Of a stretch of 64,000 nucleotides of DNA, positions 40,135 to 48,297 are shown in pieces. Every line of letters begins with the position of its first letter. Positions within the stretch are counted from its first letter, which is position 1. The translations under genes were made by a program, and so were the position numbers. The notes below the pieces were generated by a model. It made no database searches and was not told where the DNA came from. It was given only the letters and a program-made list of their open reading frames with translations. The DNA comes from Flavobacteriales bacterium. Lineage in GTDB: Bacteria; Bacteroidota; Bacteroidia; Flavobacteriales; UBA7430. The stretch covers positions 5,010 through 69,009 of the forward strand of contig JAQWKY010000044.1 in the NCBI GenBank assembly GCA_029247585.1, in the 5' to 3' direction.

Positions 40135-40920
40135 TTAAGAAATCCTTATTTCACTGGCTCCCATTCCATAAAGTTTTGGGTCAGCCGGGCTCACTGTAAT
40201 ATTAGGGAATTGCAATAGGTATTTGTCAATCTGCTCCTTCAATGTACCTTTTCCAACTCCATGTATTACCACCAGAAACTCTTCATGATTCTCTAAAGCT
40301 TGGAAAAGGCGTTTTCTAAAACAGGACAATTGCGTGCTTACGATTTCATAATTTGACATCCCCTGCCAAGCGTCAATCAAATTCTCAATATGAAGATCTA
40401 TTTCGTGATGACTGAAAAACTTTTCAGAAGGCTGGTTGGATTTGGACTTTTGCTTTATTTGTTTGTCCACATCTTTCTTTATTTTACTTTTCAAAGCCTT
40501 CTCATCAACTTCAAAATCTTCTACCCATACCTTTTCTATTTCTAGTCGATGAGCAGGAATGCTAAATCCATCATCGATCTCAACTTCATAATTATTAGCA
40601 TCAATAATTGCTACAATATTCCCTCTGGTATTGTCACTCATAAAATTTACCCGATCTCCAACCGACAATTTCGTATAAGCATCTGGATTTTTTTCGAGAT
40701 TTGGCAAATCATCTATTCTACGATCTTCCTTTTTAATAGGAAACTTATGTTTTCCGTCTACTTTGGGGATATAAGAAATACGAATTAATTCTTGAGCCGA
40801 AACATCCATTTCAATCCCATCGCATTCAACCAACACGTGAGAATCATTGATGTAATCAACAACAACCCCTTTTAAAGGTTCGTTTAAAAATGCAATCTGA
40901 TCTCCTTTTTTGAATACCAT
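40135..40920 (-). CDS. Smr (MutS2 C-terminal-like) domain protein
   Basis: 261 aa. C-terminal Smr pattern (EIDLHIENL.. VVIHGVGKGTLKEQI). Confidence 0.7.
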   Translation of the reverse strand: MVFKKGDQIAFLNEPLKGVVVDYINDSHVLVECDGIEMDVSAQELIRISYIPKVDGKHKFPIKKEDRRIDDLPNLEKNPDAYTKLSVGDRVNFMSDNTRGNIVAIIDANNYEVEIDDGFSIPAHRLEIEKVWVEDFEVDEKALKSKIKKDVDKQIKQKSKSNQPSEKFFSHHEIDLHIENLIDAWQGMSNYEIVSTQLSCFRKRLFQALENHEEFLVVIHGVGKGTLKEQIDKYLLQFPNITVSPADPKLYGMGASEIRIS

Positions 40921-41951
40921 CAGCGCATGACTCCTTGAGCGGAAAGTGCATTTTGAAAGCGTTTTGCATTTCTTTTATGCTCTGCCCACGATTTAGTAAA
41001 ATTGTGATATCCAGAAAAGTCAGGTTTGGCACACATGTATATGTAATCATGCGTCTTAGAGTTTAAAACGGATAATAAAGAAGCCATTTCTGGAATACAA
41101 ATAGGGTTTGGCGGCAAGCCTTTATATCGATAGGTATTGTACGGAGAATCAATTTTCAAATCTTTATTAAGAACCCGTTTAACAGAAATCTCAAAGCCAT
41201 CTCTTTCCTTAAGTGCGTATATAACCGTAGGGTCTGACTGAAGTTTCATCCCCTTTCTTAGCCTATTAAGATACAGGCCCGCAACAAGAGGTTGCTCATC
41301 TACTTTAGAAGTTTCTTTTTGAACTATTGAGGCTAGCACAGACACCTCATGGGCGTGTAAGCCTAAACTTTTTGCTTTGTATAATCTTTCATCAGTCCAA
41401 AATCGATTGTACTCCTTTTGCATACGCTCTAAAAACTCTATGGGAGTGATTGTCCAATATACCTCATAGGTATTTGGAATAAAAAGTTTCCTCATTGATG
41501 CCTCATCGAAATCGTAGGTAGAATAGAACAACTCATTCGTAAACGCATTGACTAAGTCTAGTGAATCTGCTTCAATTTGTTTGGATAACTTCCCTGCCAA
41601 ATCCTGAATAGTGGCTGTATTGTTGAAAATGACATTCAGAGGACTTTGAGCACCCAACCTCAATACATTCACCATTGAATTTGCATCCATTTGCTTATCA
41701 ATTAAATAGCGCCCTGGATAAACTGTAGTGTAATTTTTCTTCAGACAAAGCACATCAAATAAGAATTCATTTCTCAGCAATTCATTGGATCTAAGGCTGT
41801 CCTTTAATGCTTTAAAGTTCGACCCTGTCGGCAGGAGCAAAAGTCGATCTGTTGGGGTAAGTGGTGAAAAAAATTGATTCCCTACATAAACAGTTGGTAG
41901 GACTATAAAAAAAGACAAAACAAATATTGTTCTCATCCATGTGTTTTTCAT
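40920..41951 (-). CDS. mltG: Endolytic murein transglycosylase MltG (YceG-like)
   Basis: 343 aa. N-terminal TM segment. YceG pattern (ASIVQKET.., LQSDPTVIY.., YNTY...GLPP.PI..P). Confidence 0.8.
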   Translation of the reverse strand: MKNTWMRTIFVLSFFIVLPTVYVGNQFFSPLTPTDRLLLLPTGSNFKALKDSLRSNELLRNEFLFDVLCLKKNYTTVYPGRYLIDKQMDANSMVNVLRLGAQSPLNVIFNNTATIQDLAGKLSKQIEADSLDLVNAFTNELFYSTYDFDEASMRKLFIPNTYEVYWTITPIEFLERMQKEYNRFWTDERLYKAKSLGLHAHEVSVLASIVQKETSKVDEQPLVAGLYLNRLRKGMKLQSDPTVIYALKERDGFEISVKRVLNKDLKIDSPYNTYRYKGLPPNPICIPEMASLLSVLNSKTHDYIYMCAKPDFSGYHNFTKSWAEHKRNAKRFQNALSAQGVMR

Positions 41952-41972
41952 CTCAATAAATTTAGGATGTAA

Positions 41973-42485
41973 TTAGGAATTAATGCATTGCATCTCGATA
42001 ACATCTGTAAAAGAACCGTTTCTAAAAAACCAATCCTTTCTTATTCCAACTCGTTTAAAGCCGGACTTTTCGAACAATTTTACACTCAAAAGATTATCAA
42101 CCATTATGCTACAATGCAACTGGTGCATTCCTATGTGATTGAAAGCGTAATCTTTCATTAAGGTAATGGCTTCTGTGGCATAGCCCTTGGATCTTGATTC
42201 TTGATCAATAACAATTCCAATTCCAGCTCTTCGTGCTACGGCATCATAATCAAATAGATCAACACAACCTACAACATTATTTTCCTCATCCATCAAAATA
42301 AATCTGAATTGCCCAGCTTCTTGAATATCGAGATGGGCTTGAGAAATATATTGTTCTAAAATATATTTCGACAATGGGACTTTGGATAAGCTTACCCGAT
42401 TCAAGTCTAGGTCATTTTCCCAAAGATAGATTTGTGCTAGATCATCTGGCTCTAAAGCTCTATATTTCAATCTATAATTAGACAT
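41973..42485 (-). CDS. GNAT N-acetyltransferase (RimJ/RimL-like)
   Basis: 170 aa. GNAT core (..RSKGYATEAI..). Confidence 0.7.
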   Translation of the reverse strand: MSNYRLKYRALEPDDLAQIYLWENDLDLNRVSLSKVPLSKYILEQYISQAHLDIQEAGQFRFILMDEENNVVGCVDLFDYDAVARRAGIGIVIDQESRSKGYATEAITLMKDYAFNHIGMHQLHCSIMVDNLLSVKLFEKSGFKRVGIRKDWFFRNGSFTDVIEMQCINS

Positions 42486-43254
42486 CTACTTCACCTCGAA
42501 AAACAAATTCAGCAGGACCTTTAAGATGGATGTCATGGTATGCAGTATTGTTCTTTTTAAACTTCACTTCTAACTGCCCCCCTAAAACGTTAACCTTGAC
42601 GGACTCGGAAGCAATGAGCCCAGCCTCAAATGCTGCAATTGCAGATGCGGTTGCCCCGGTTCCACATGCCAATGTTTCATCTTCAACCCCTCTTTCATAA
42701 GTCCTTAGTGAGAGCTCTTCACTCTGAATAGAAACAAAATTAACATTAATCCCATGCTCTACATAGGCAGGAGAATTTCGGAGCTTAGCCCCCTCTTCTT
42801 TTACATTTATTTCTCGAACCTCTTCTTTAAAGGATACTAAATGAGGAGAACCCGTATCCAAAACCCAAGCATCATTTTCAAACTTTAGCGCATCAACATC
42901 TATCATTTTCAAAGACACCAGGCTGTTTTCCAAACATATTGCCTCGTGCAAGCCATCAAAAGCCATAAAGTTGCAATCGTCTTTGATAATTTCAAGATCC
43001 CTGGCATAAGCTACCACACATCGACCTCCGTTACCACACATACTTCCCACGTGTCCATCAGCATTATGATAAATCATCTCGAAATCGGCACCATTACAAT
43101 TTCCCAACAGAATAAGGCCATCAGCCCCTATCCCAAACCTACGATCACATAATTGCTGAATCTGTGTTTGACTCAAAGGGTATAAACCATGACGGTTATC
43201 AACCATAATGAAATCATTTCCAGTGCCTTGATATTTACTAAATTTTAACTTCAT
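42478..43254 (-). CDS. dapF: Diaminopimelate epimerase
   Basis: 258 aa. Catalytic Cys motifs MCGNGGRC and LACGTGA. Confidence 0.9.
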   Translation of the reverse strand: MKLKFSKYQGTGNDFIMVDNRHGLYPLSQTQIQQLCDRRFGIGADGLILLGNCNGADFEMIYHNADGHVGSMCGNGGRCVVAYARDLEIIKDDCNFMAFDGLHEAICLENSLVSLKMIDVDALKFENDAWVLDTGSPHLVSFKEEVREINVKEEGAKLRNSPAYVEHGINVNFVSIQSEELSLRTYERGVEDETLACGTGATASAIAAFEAGLIASESVKVNVLGGQLEVKFKKNNTAYHDIHLKGPAEFVFRGEVDV

Positions 43255-43421
43255 GAGAATACTACTAAACGAACGAAAATAGGATTAATTGAGCAAATTT
43301 CAATAATTAATCTTTAGGAAAACCCAATAAGAGGTAAAACATGTTTGTTTATCTTTTTATAATACTCTAATTTTGATATTATATATGATATAAAATTTAT
43401 TTAAATGTAATTATAAAAGGT

Positions 43422-44861
43422 ATGAAAGACTATCAAGAAGTATTGAATGCTCGAATTTCTGAAGAAAGAGCTGCCATTGAACTCATTAAAATCACCAGTG
43501 ACTTATCTTACGAAAAATCAATCGAACTGATTATTTTCCGTAACCGTCTGATTGACAAAAGCTCAAGTGAAGTATTAAACCTTCACGATTATGCGAAGAA
43601 ATTTGTTGAAAAGCCCATTGATATCATTGAAACACTAGCTATTGCCAAAACAATTTCTGAATCAAGTTTACCCCCTTCAAAAATTGATATTGGAAAATTG
43701 ACTCACGAATGGATTAAGGAGAAAAACACACATACAAACATTAAAAGTTTCATAAGTTCAAAACTGAACTTTCTAAATAAACAAAGTAATAATATAACTC
43801 CAAAAGATGTTATTCTATATGGATTTGGTAGGATTGGTAGATTGGTTGCTCGCGAGTTGATAGCACAAGAAGGACGAGGTGATCAATTAAGGCTAAGGGC
43901 TATTGTTTTACGTAATAACGACAACCTGAATATGATGAAACGCGCCTCTCTCTTGAGAACAGACTCTGTTCATGGGAAGTTCAGAGGAACTGTAATCGCC
44001 GATACTGAAAACAAATTACTAATCATCAACGGACAAGCTATAAAAGTTATTGAAGCCTCTAAGCCCGAAGACATAGACTACAATTCCTTTGGGGTTGATA
44101 ATGCCTTATTGATAGACAATACGGGTGTATATAGAGATAATGCTTCCCTCAGTAGACATCTTCAAGCTAAAGGAGTGGAAAAGGTGCTCTTAACAGCACC
44201 AGGAAATGAAATGCCTAACGTTGTCTTCGGAGCCAATCACCTAGATTTCAATCTAGATTCTCACTTTATATTTTCGGCAGCTTCATGTACAACAAATGCA
44301 ATTACACCTGTGCTGCAAGTTGTGAACAATAAATTTGGCATTCTAAATGGTCATATTGAAACCATTCATGCGTACACCAACGACCAAAATTTAGTCGACA
44401 ATATGCATAAAAAAGAGCGGAGAGGTCGTGCAGCTGCTTTAAATATGGTCATCACAAATACAGGGGCTGGAAAAGCTGTAGTAAAGGTAATTCCGGATTT
44501 ACAAGACAAGCTTACAGCAAACGCTGTTCGGGTACCTACACCTAATGGATCATTAGCTATACTGAATTTATCACTTAAAGAGCGAACTTCTATTAATGAA
44601 CTCAATAATACAATTAAAAATGCTGCCCTAGAAGGCCCATTGGTGGAGCAAATTAATTACTCCCTTTCCAATGAATTGGTATCAACTGATATTGTTGGAA
44701 ATAGTTCGCCAGCAGTATTTGATAGTCCAGCTACGATTGTTTCGAAAGATGGTAAAAACATAATTCTTTACGTTTGGTACGACAATGAATTTGGCTACTC
44801 TTGTCAAGTCATGCGTATGGCAAAATACATGTCTAAAGTTCGTCGTCCTATGAATTACTAG
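43422..44861 (+). CDS. gap: Glyceraldehyde-3-phosphate dehydrogenase, long form with a ~130-aa N-terminal extension
   Basis: 479 aa. GFGRIGR NAD motif and active-site ASCTTNA. Confidence 0.85.
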   Translation: MKDYQEVLNARISEERAAIELIKITSDLSYEKSIELIIFRNRLIDKSSSEVLNLHDYAKKFVEKPIDIIETLAIAKTISESSLPPSKIDIGKLTHEWIKEKNTHTNIKSFISSKLNFLNKQSNNITPKDVILYGFGRIGRLVARELIAQEGRGDQLRLRAIVLRNNDNLNMMKRASLLRTDSVHGKFRGTVIADTENKLLIINGQAIKVIEASKPEDIDYNSFGVDNALLIDNTGVYRDNASLSRHLQAKGVEKVLLTAPGNEMPNVVFGANHLDFNLDSHFIFSAASCTTNAITPVLQVVNNKFGILNGHIETIHAYTNDQNLVDNMHKKERRGRAAALNMVITNTGAGKAVVKVIPDLQDKLTANAVRVPTPNGSLAILNLSLKERTSINELNNTIKNAALEGPLVEQINYSLSNELVSTDIVGNSSPAVFDSPATIVSKDGKNIILYVWYDNEFGYSCQVMRMAKYMSKVRRPMNY

Positions 44862-44941
44862 TTTCTAAGATTTCGAATTAACAAAAAAAGCCTTTGAAAT
44901 AAATTCGCTATATTAGGTTGAATAACCCTTAATAGTAATTT

Positions 44942-45643
44942 ATGAACAAAGAAAGATTAGACCGCGTATTCAAACAAAAGACATGGAATGAAATAAAAAC
45001 TAAAGATTCTTGGCAGCTTTTTAAAATCATGTCAGAATTTGTTAATGGATTTGAAAAAATGTCTCGAATCGGACCCTGTGTAACCATTTTTGGTTCCGCA
45101 AGGACATCACCAGAAAATAGTTACTACCAACTTGCCACCGAAATAGGAAAACAGCTTTCTGAAAATGGATACGGAGTAATTACAGGTGGTGGTCCTGGAA
45201 TTATGGAAGCAGGGAATAAAGGTGCTAAGATGGGGGGTGCCCCATCCGTAGGACTAGTTATTGATTTGCCGTTTGAAGCAACATCTAACAACTTTATAGA
45301 TGATGATAAGAATATTAGCTTTGACTACTTTTTTGTTCGAAAAGTAATGTTTCTAAAATATGCTCAAGCCTTTGTTGTTATGCCGGGAGGAATGGGTACT
45401 CTTGATGAATTGTTTGAAGCCCTCACTCTTATACAAACAAAAAAAATGGATACATTCCCAATCATACTTGTCGGGGGGCATTTTTGGAAAGGCATCATGA
45501 GTTGGATGAAAGATACATTGGTTAAAGAAGGAATGATAAGTGAAAAAGATCTGCACTTAATTTCAATAGTAGATGAACCTCAAGAAGTTTTAAAAATAAT
45601 TGACAATTTCTATGACAATTTTATGTTAAAGCCGAACTTCTAA
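44942..45643 (+). CDS. LOG/TIGR00730-family protein (nucleotide 5'-monophosphate nucleosidase-like)
   Basis: 233 aa. GGGPGIMEA and PGGMGTLDE motifs. Confidence 0.8.
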   Translation: MNKERLDRVFKQKTWNEIKTKDSWQLFKIMSEFVNGFEKMSRIGPCVTIFGSARTSPENSYYQLATEIGKQLSENGYGVITGGGPGIMEAGNKGAKMGGAPSVGLVIDLPFEATSNNFIDDDKNISFDYFFVRKVMFLKYAQAFVVMPGGMGTLDELFEALTLIQTKKMDTFPIILVGGHFWKGIMSWMKDTLVKEGMISEKDLHLISIVDEPQEVLKIIDNFYDNFMLKPNF

Positions 45644-45707
45644 GAACCGTTAAACTTGAGGGAAATATTGAATTTACACACTAATACCAAGAAAATCAAG
45701 GAGCAAT

Positions 45708-45773
45708 AAAAAAAGGTCTGCACTCGCGTACAGACCTTTCAAAATAAACTCTAACCCCCCCCAGGATTAAAAT
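45708..45773 (-). ncRNA. Candidate small RNA, copy A (G8 core + terminator)
   Basis: Minus strand: TATATTTG box (45780-45787), then ..CATTTTAATCCTGGGGGGGGTTAGAGTTTATTTTGAAA, hairpin GGTCTGTAC-GCGA-GTGCAGACC, T7. No ORF. Ends are predicted, not measured. Confidence 0.4.
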
Positions 45774-45940
45774 GAGTTACAAATATATATAATGGAACTA
45801 ATTCATGAAATAGGTGAAATCACTCATTTTTTAGGTAATGTAAGGGAGTTGAGGTAAATCACACCCTTTAAGAACTCAATAACAGGTGATTATAAGAATA
45901 TGGATTCTAAGTGATTTTGATGAAAATGTTCTAAAACGAC

Positions 45941-46022
45941 AAAAGACCAGTATAATTATACCGGTCTTTTGATTATAAATCTCCCCCCACAGGATAAACT
46001 TACATTTTGTACTTGTTTAAAT
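45941..46022 (-). ncRNA. Candidate small RNA, diverged copy B (G6 core + terminator)
   Basis: Minus strand: TATATTTG box (46029-46036), core ..TTTATCCTGTGGGGGGAGATTTATAAT.., hairpin GACCGGTATA-ATT-ATACTGGTC, T4. Confidence 0.3.
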
Positions 46023-46265
46023 ACGCTGCAAATATAAGAATCTTTTCACCATACAGTATTTTAGTAAAAGGATTTATTTACAATGAAAGTTTATTTATAC
46101 GAAACTCACAACTAAAATACGTTTTTTAGAATAAATCCACAAATTCGAGTGTTAAAACAAATTCTCATCCAATTTATTGGCTTAAGACAGAATATTAAGC
46201 AAGCATTATTGTTAATAATATAGAGAATTCAGAAACAAAAAACAAATAAAAAGACCCATACAAAG

Positions 46266-46332
46266 AAAAAAGACCCATACATGTTTGTATGGGTCTTCCA
46301 AAATAAACTCTAACCCCCCCCAGGATTAAAAT
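46266..46332 (-). ncRNA. Candidate small RNA, copy C (G8 core + terminator)
   Basis: Minus strand: TATGTTTG box (46339-46346), a core identical to copy A, hairpin AGACCCATAC-AAACAT-GTATGGGTCT, T6. Confidence 0.4.
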
Positions 46333-46415
46333 GTATTACAAACATATGTAATGTTACCTCAGCATCATATAGGTGATGTCACTCATTTTTTAGGTAAGCG
46401 TGTGTAACTGATGGT

Positions 46416-47618
46416 TTATCGACCGTTTACAAATTTCTGAAGATATTTGTAAGGCTTAGATAACATTCCGCATTCAGAGATTGTAGCTCTATCTAATACC
46501 CCCTCTTTATCTTCCTTCAAAAGATGAGGGAATACATTGTCTATTAATTCTTTCCCAAAACCCTCAGAAGCCTCCTTTGGCAATTCACAGGGAAGGTTAT
46601 CGACAGCTACAACACTAATTGCCGACTCCTTATCAAAGTCATCCTCAGACTCTAATTGAGGATTGTAACCATAAATCGGATCAGCTATATTCGAAGACCT
46701 AATGGTACTCGCAATAGGGCCATTAATATCACATGATATATCTGAAACAATTCTAATAGTAAAGTTAGGTGATTTTGCTTCTTCACGAGTAAACAAAGAT
46801 GGAGCTTCGGGTGCGTGAAAATGTCCCGCAATAAAAAGATCAGAGACCTCAGCAAATTTCAAAAAACCGGATTCGTAATGACAAGGGTTGGCGTAAAAAT
46901 CTGATTTACGGGCTGGATTTCCATCAATCCGATTGTAATAATCCATCGTTTCTAACTGAACATAAACTGCCTCATTGAAATTTTCATTTAAAAACTCATT
47001 TATTGAAACTTGCTTAACTCCAACAATATCCAAAAGTTCTTTAACGCCCTGACCTACTCGTCCGGTTCCTGTCGTAACAATTTTAATGCTTGACAATTGA
47101 ATCTTTTTCAACTCTAGCTCCATTTCAGTACGATCATCACACAAATAAGCTCTTTTTAAATCAAACAACCCAGTACGTCTTCCGTAAGTTAAAAAAGCAT
47201 TGTAACAACCGACGATACCCGCATATCTTCCAAAACCTACAAGCCTCTTACCATTCACGTCTGTCAAAACTTCATAATCGATAAGCGTTATATTTAAATC
47301 CAATATTCGACGGAGTAAACTCCTGTTATGATCTTGCTTTTTTATGGTATGTGAAAAAAAGAAATACTTCTTCCCTTCAATCAAAGAGTCTTCGAGTACT
47401 TCTTTTACGCCAAACAAGACATCACAATCTGACAAATCTTCTTGAATGGAAATCCCCAGTGAAGCATATTCTTCATCCGAAAACTTACGCATTCGACTTG
47501 GTTGAACGACCAATTCTGTATTGGAGTAACTTTGTAGTAATTCTATGCACTGATGTGGAGTCAAAACCACGCGTTTATCAGGCGGAGTTTTACTTTCTCT
47601 GAGTATTCCTATTTTCAT
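46416..47618 (-). CDS. AlaDH/PNT-family enzyme resembling lysine-2-oxoglutarate reductase (saccharopine dehydrogenase, lysine-forming)
   Basis: 400 aa. MKIGILRE...E.RV.LTP and KKYFFFSHTIKKQ..N..LL resemble the LKR domain of eukaryotic AASS. Confidence 0.6.
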   Translation of the reverse strand: MKIGILRESKTPPDKRVVLTPHQCIELLQSYSNTELVVQPSRMRKFSDEEYASLGISIQEDLSDCDVLFGVKEVLEDSLIEGKKYFFFSHTIKKQDHNRSLLRRILDLNITLIDYEVLTDVNGKRLVGFGRYAGIVGCYNAFLTYGRRTGLFDLKRAYLCDDRTEMELELKKIQLSSIKIVTTGTGRVGQGVKELLDIVGVKQVSINEFLNENFNEAVYVQLETMDYYNRIDGNPARKSDFYANPCHYESGFLKFAEVSDLFIAGHFHAPEAPSLFTREEAKSPNFTIRIVSDISCDINGPIASTIRSSNIADPIYGYNPQLESEDDFDKESAISVVAVDNLPCELPKEASEGFGKELIDNVFPHLLKEDKEGVLDRATISECGMLSKPYKYLQKFVNGR

Positions 47619-47759
47619 TATTTAATTATTTGTTTTGTTTCTAATATTCGTCAAACTTACAAAATGAAAAAACAATTAGTATTCTCCCCGAAAAGAAATA
47701 CCTTTTATAAATACTAACGACATTAAAGCTCTAAAAATTGTGTACTGAAAACTTAGCCT

Positions 47760-47767
47760 TATCTTTG
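47760..47767 (+). promoter_or_regulatory. -7 promoter box upstream of ssrA
   Basis: TATCTTTG (TAnnTTTG), 21 nt before the mature tmRNA 5' GGGG. Confidence 0.5.
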
Positions 47768-47788
47768 TTAAAAGTTCATTGACGTAAT

Positions 47789-48160
47789 GGGGATGACTGG
47801 CTTTGACAGCGAGATGAATAGGTTTGTAAGCATGCCGAGCATGGTGAGACGGCTCGTAAATATCCAATTCACATTTTTTTAAACGGCGAGTCTAACTACG
47901 CTTTAGCTGCCTAATCTAGGATTAGAACAGCTTTTGCTCTGAGGATAGAAGAAGGTTTATCGCTTCAATCCCACCGAGCATCAAAAAAAGGATGAACTAG
48001 CGAATAAGGATGCCTTGACTTAAACGCGAAATCAAAAGGATAAGGTTTGGTTTTGGGAATGTATTCTTCCCGGCTTTACTCGAAAAGTAATTGACTACTA
48101 AGCATGTAGAAAGCTCTCAGATTCCTTGTTTGGACCAGGGTTCGATTCCCTGCATCTCCA
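47789..48160 (+). ncRNA. ssrA: tmRNA (transfer-messenger RNA)
   Basis: 5' GGGGATGACTGGCTTTGACAGCGAG. Tag ORF GGCGAGTCTAACTACGCTTTAGCTGCCTAA encodes GESNYALAA* (47885-47914). 3' T-arm GGTTCGATTCCCTG. The acceptor stem has the G3:U pair. CCA is not encoded. Confidence 0.92.
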
Positions 48161-48167
48161 CAAATCA

Positions 48168-48198
48168 CTCCACACTTTAAAACAAGTGTGGAGTTTTT
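48168..48198 (+). terminator. Rho-independent terminator after ssrA
   Basis: CTCCACACTT-TAAAAC-AAGTGTGGAG followed by T5. Confidence 0.8.
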
Positions 48199-48297
48199 AT
48201 TTTTCAATCGTATAATCCATTTCTTTTTATTCTTATAACTTTATGGTAAATTACTGATTCTATTTGTTTGTAGAAACAAAGACTTAATCCATTTTTT

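Noticed and set aside
45772-45838. Tiny conserved-start ORFs in the modules: MSDFTYFMN* and MSDITYMMLR* on the minus strand, MSYKYI* and MYYKHM* on the plus strand.
   Set aside because: They are 6-10 codons long and conserved only over the first few residues, which coincide with conserved DNA blocks. Each minus-strand ORF lies upstream of that module's own candidate promoter box. They are kept as an alternative hypothesis, not annotated as CDS.
47676-47867. 63-aa minus-strand ORF.
   Set aside because: It lies antisense to the tmRNA 5' part and its promoter. The tmRNA identification (tag ORF, acceptor/T-arm) explains the region.
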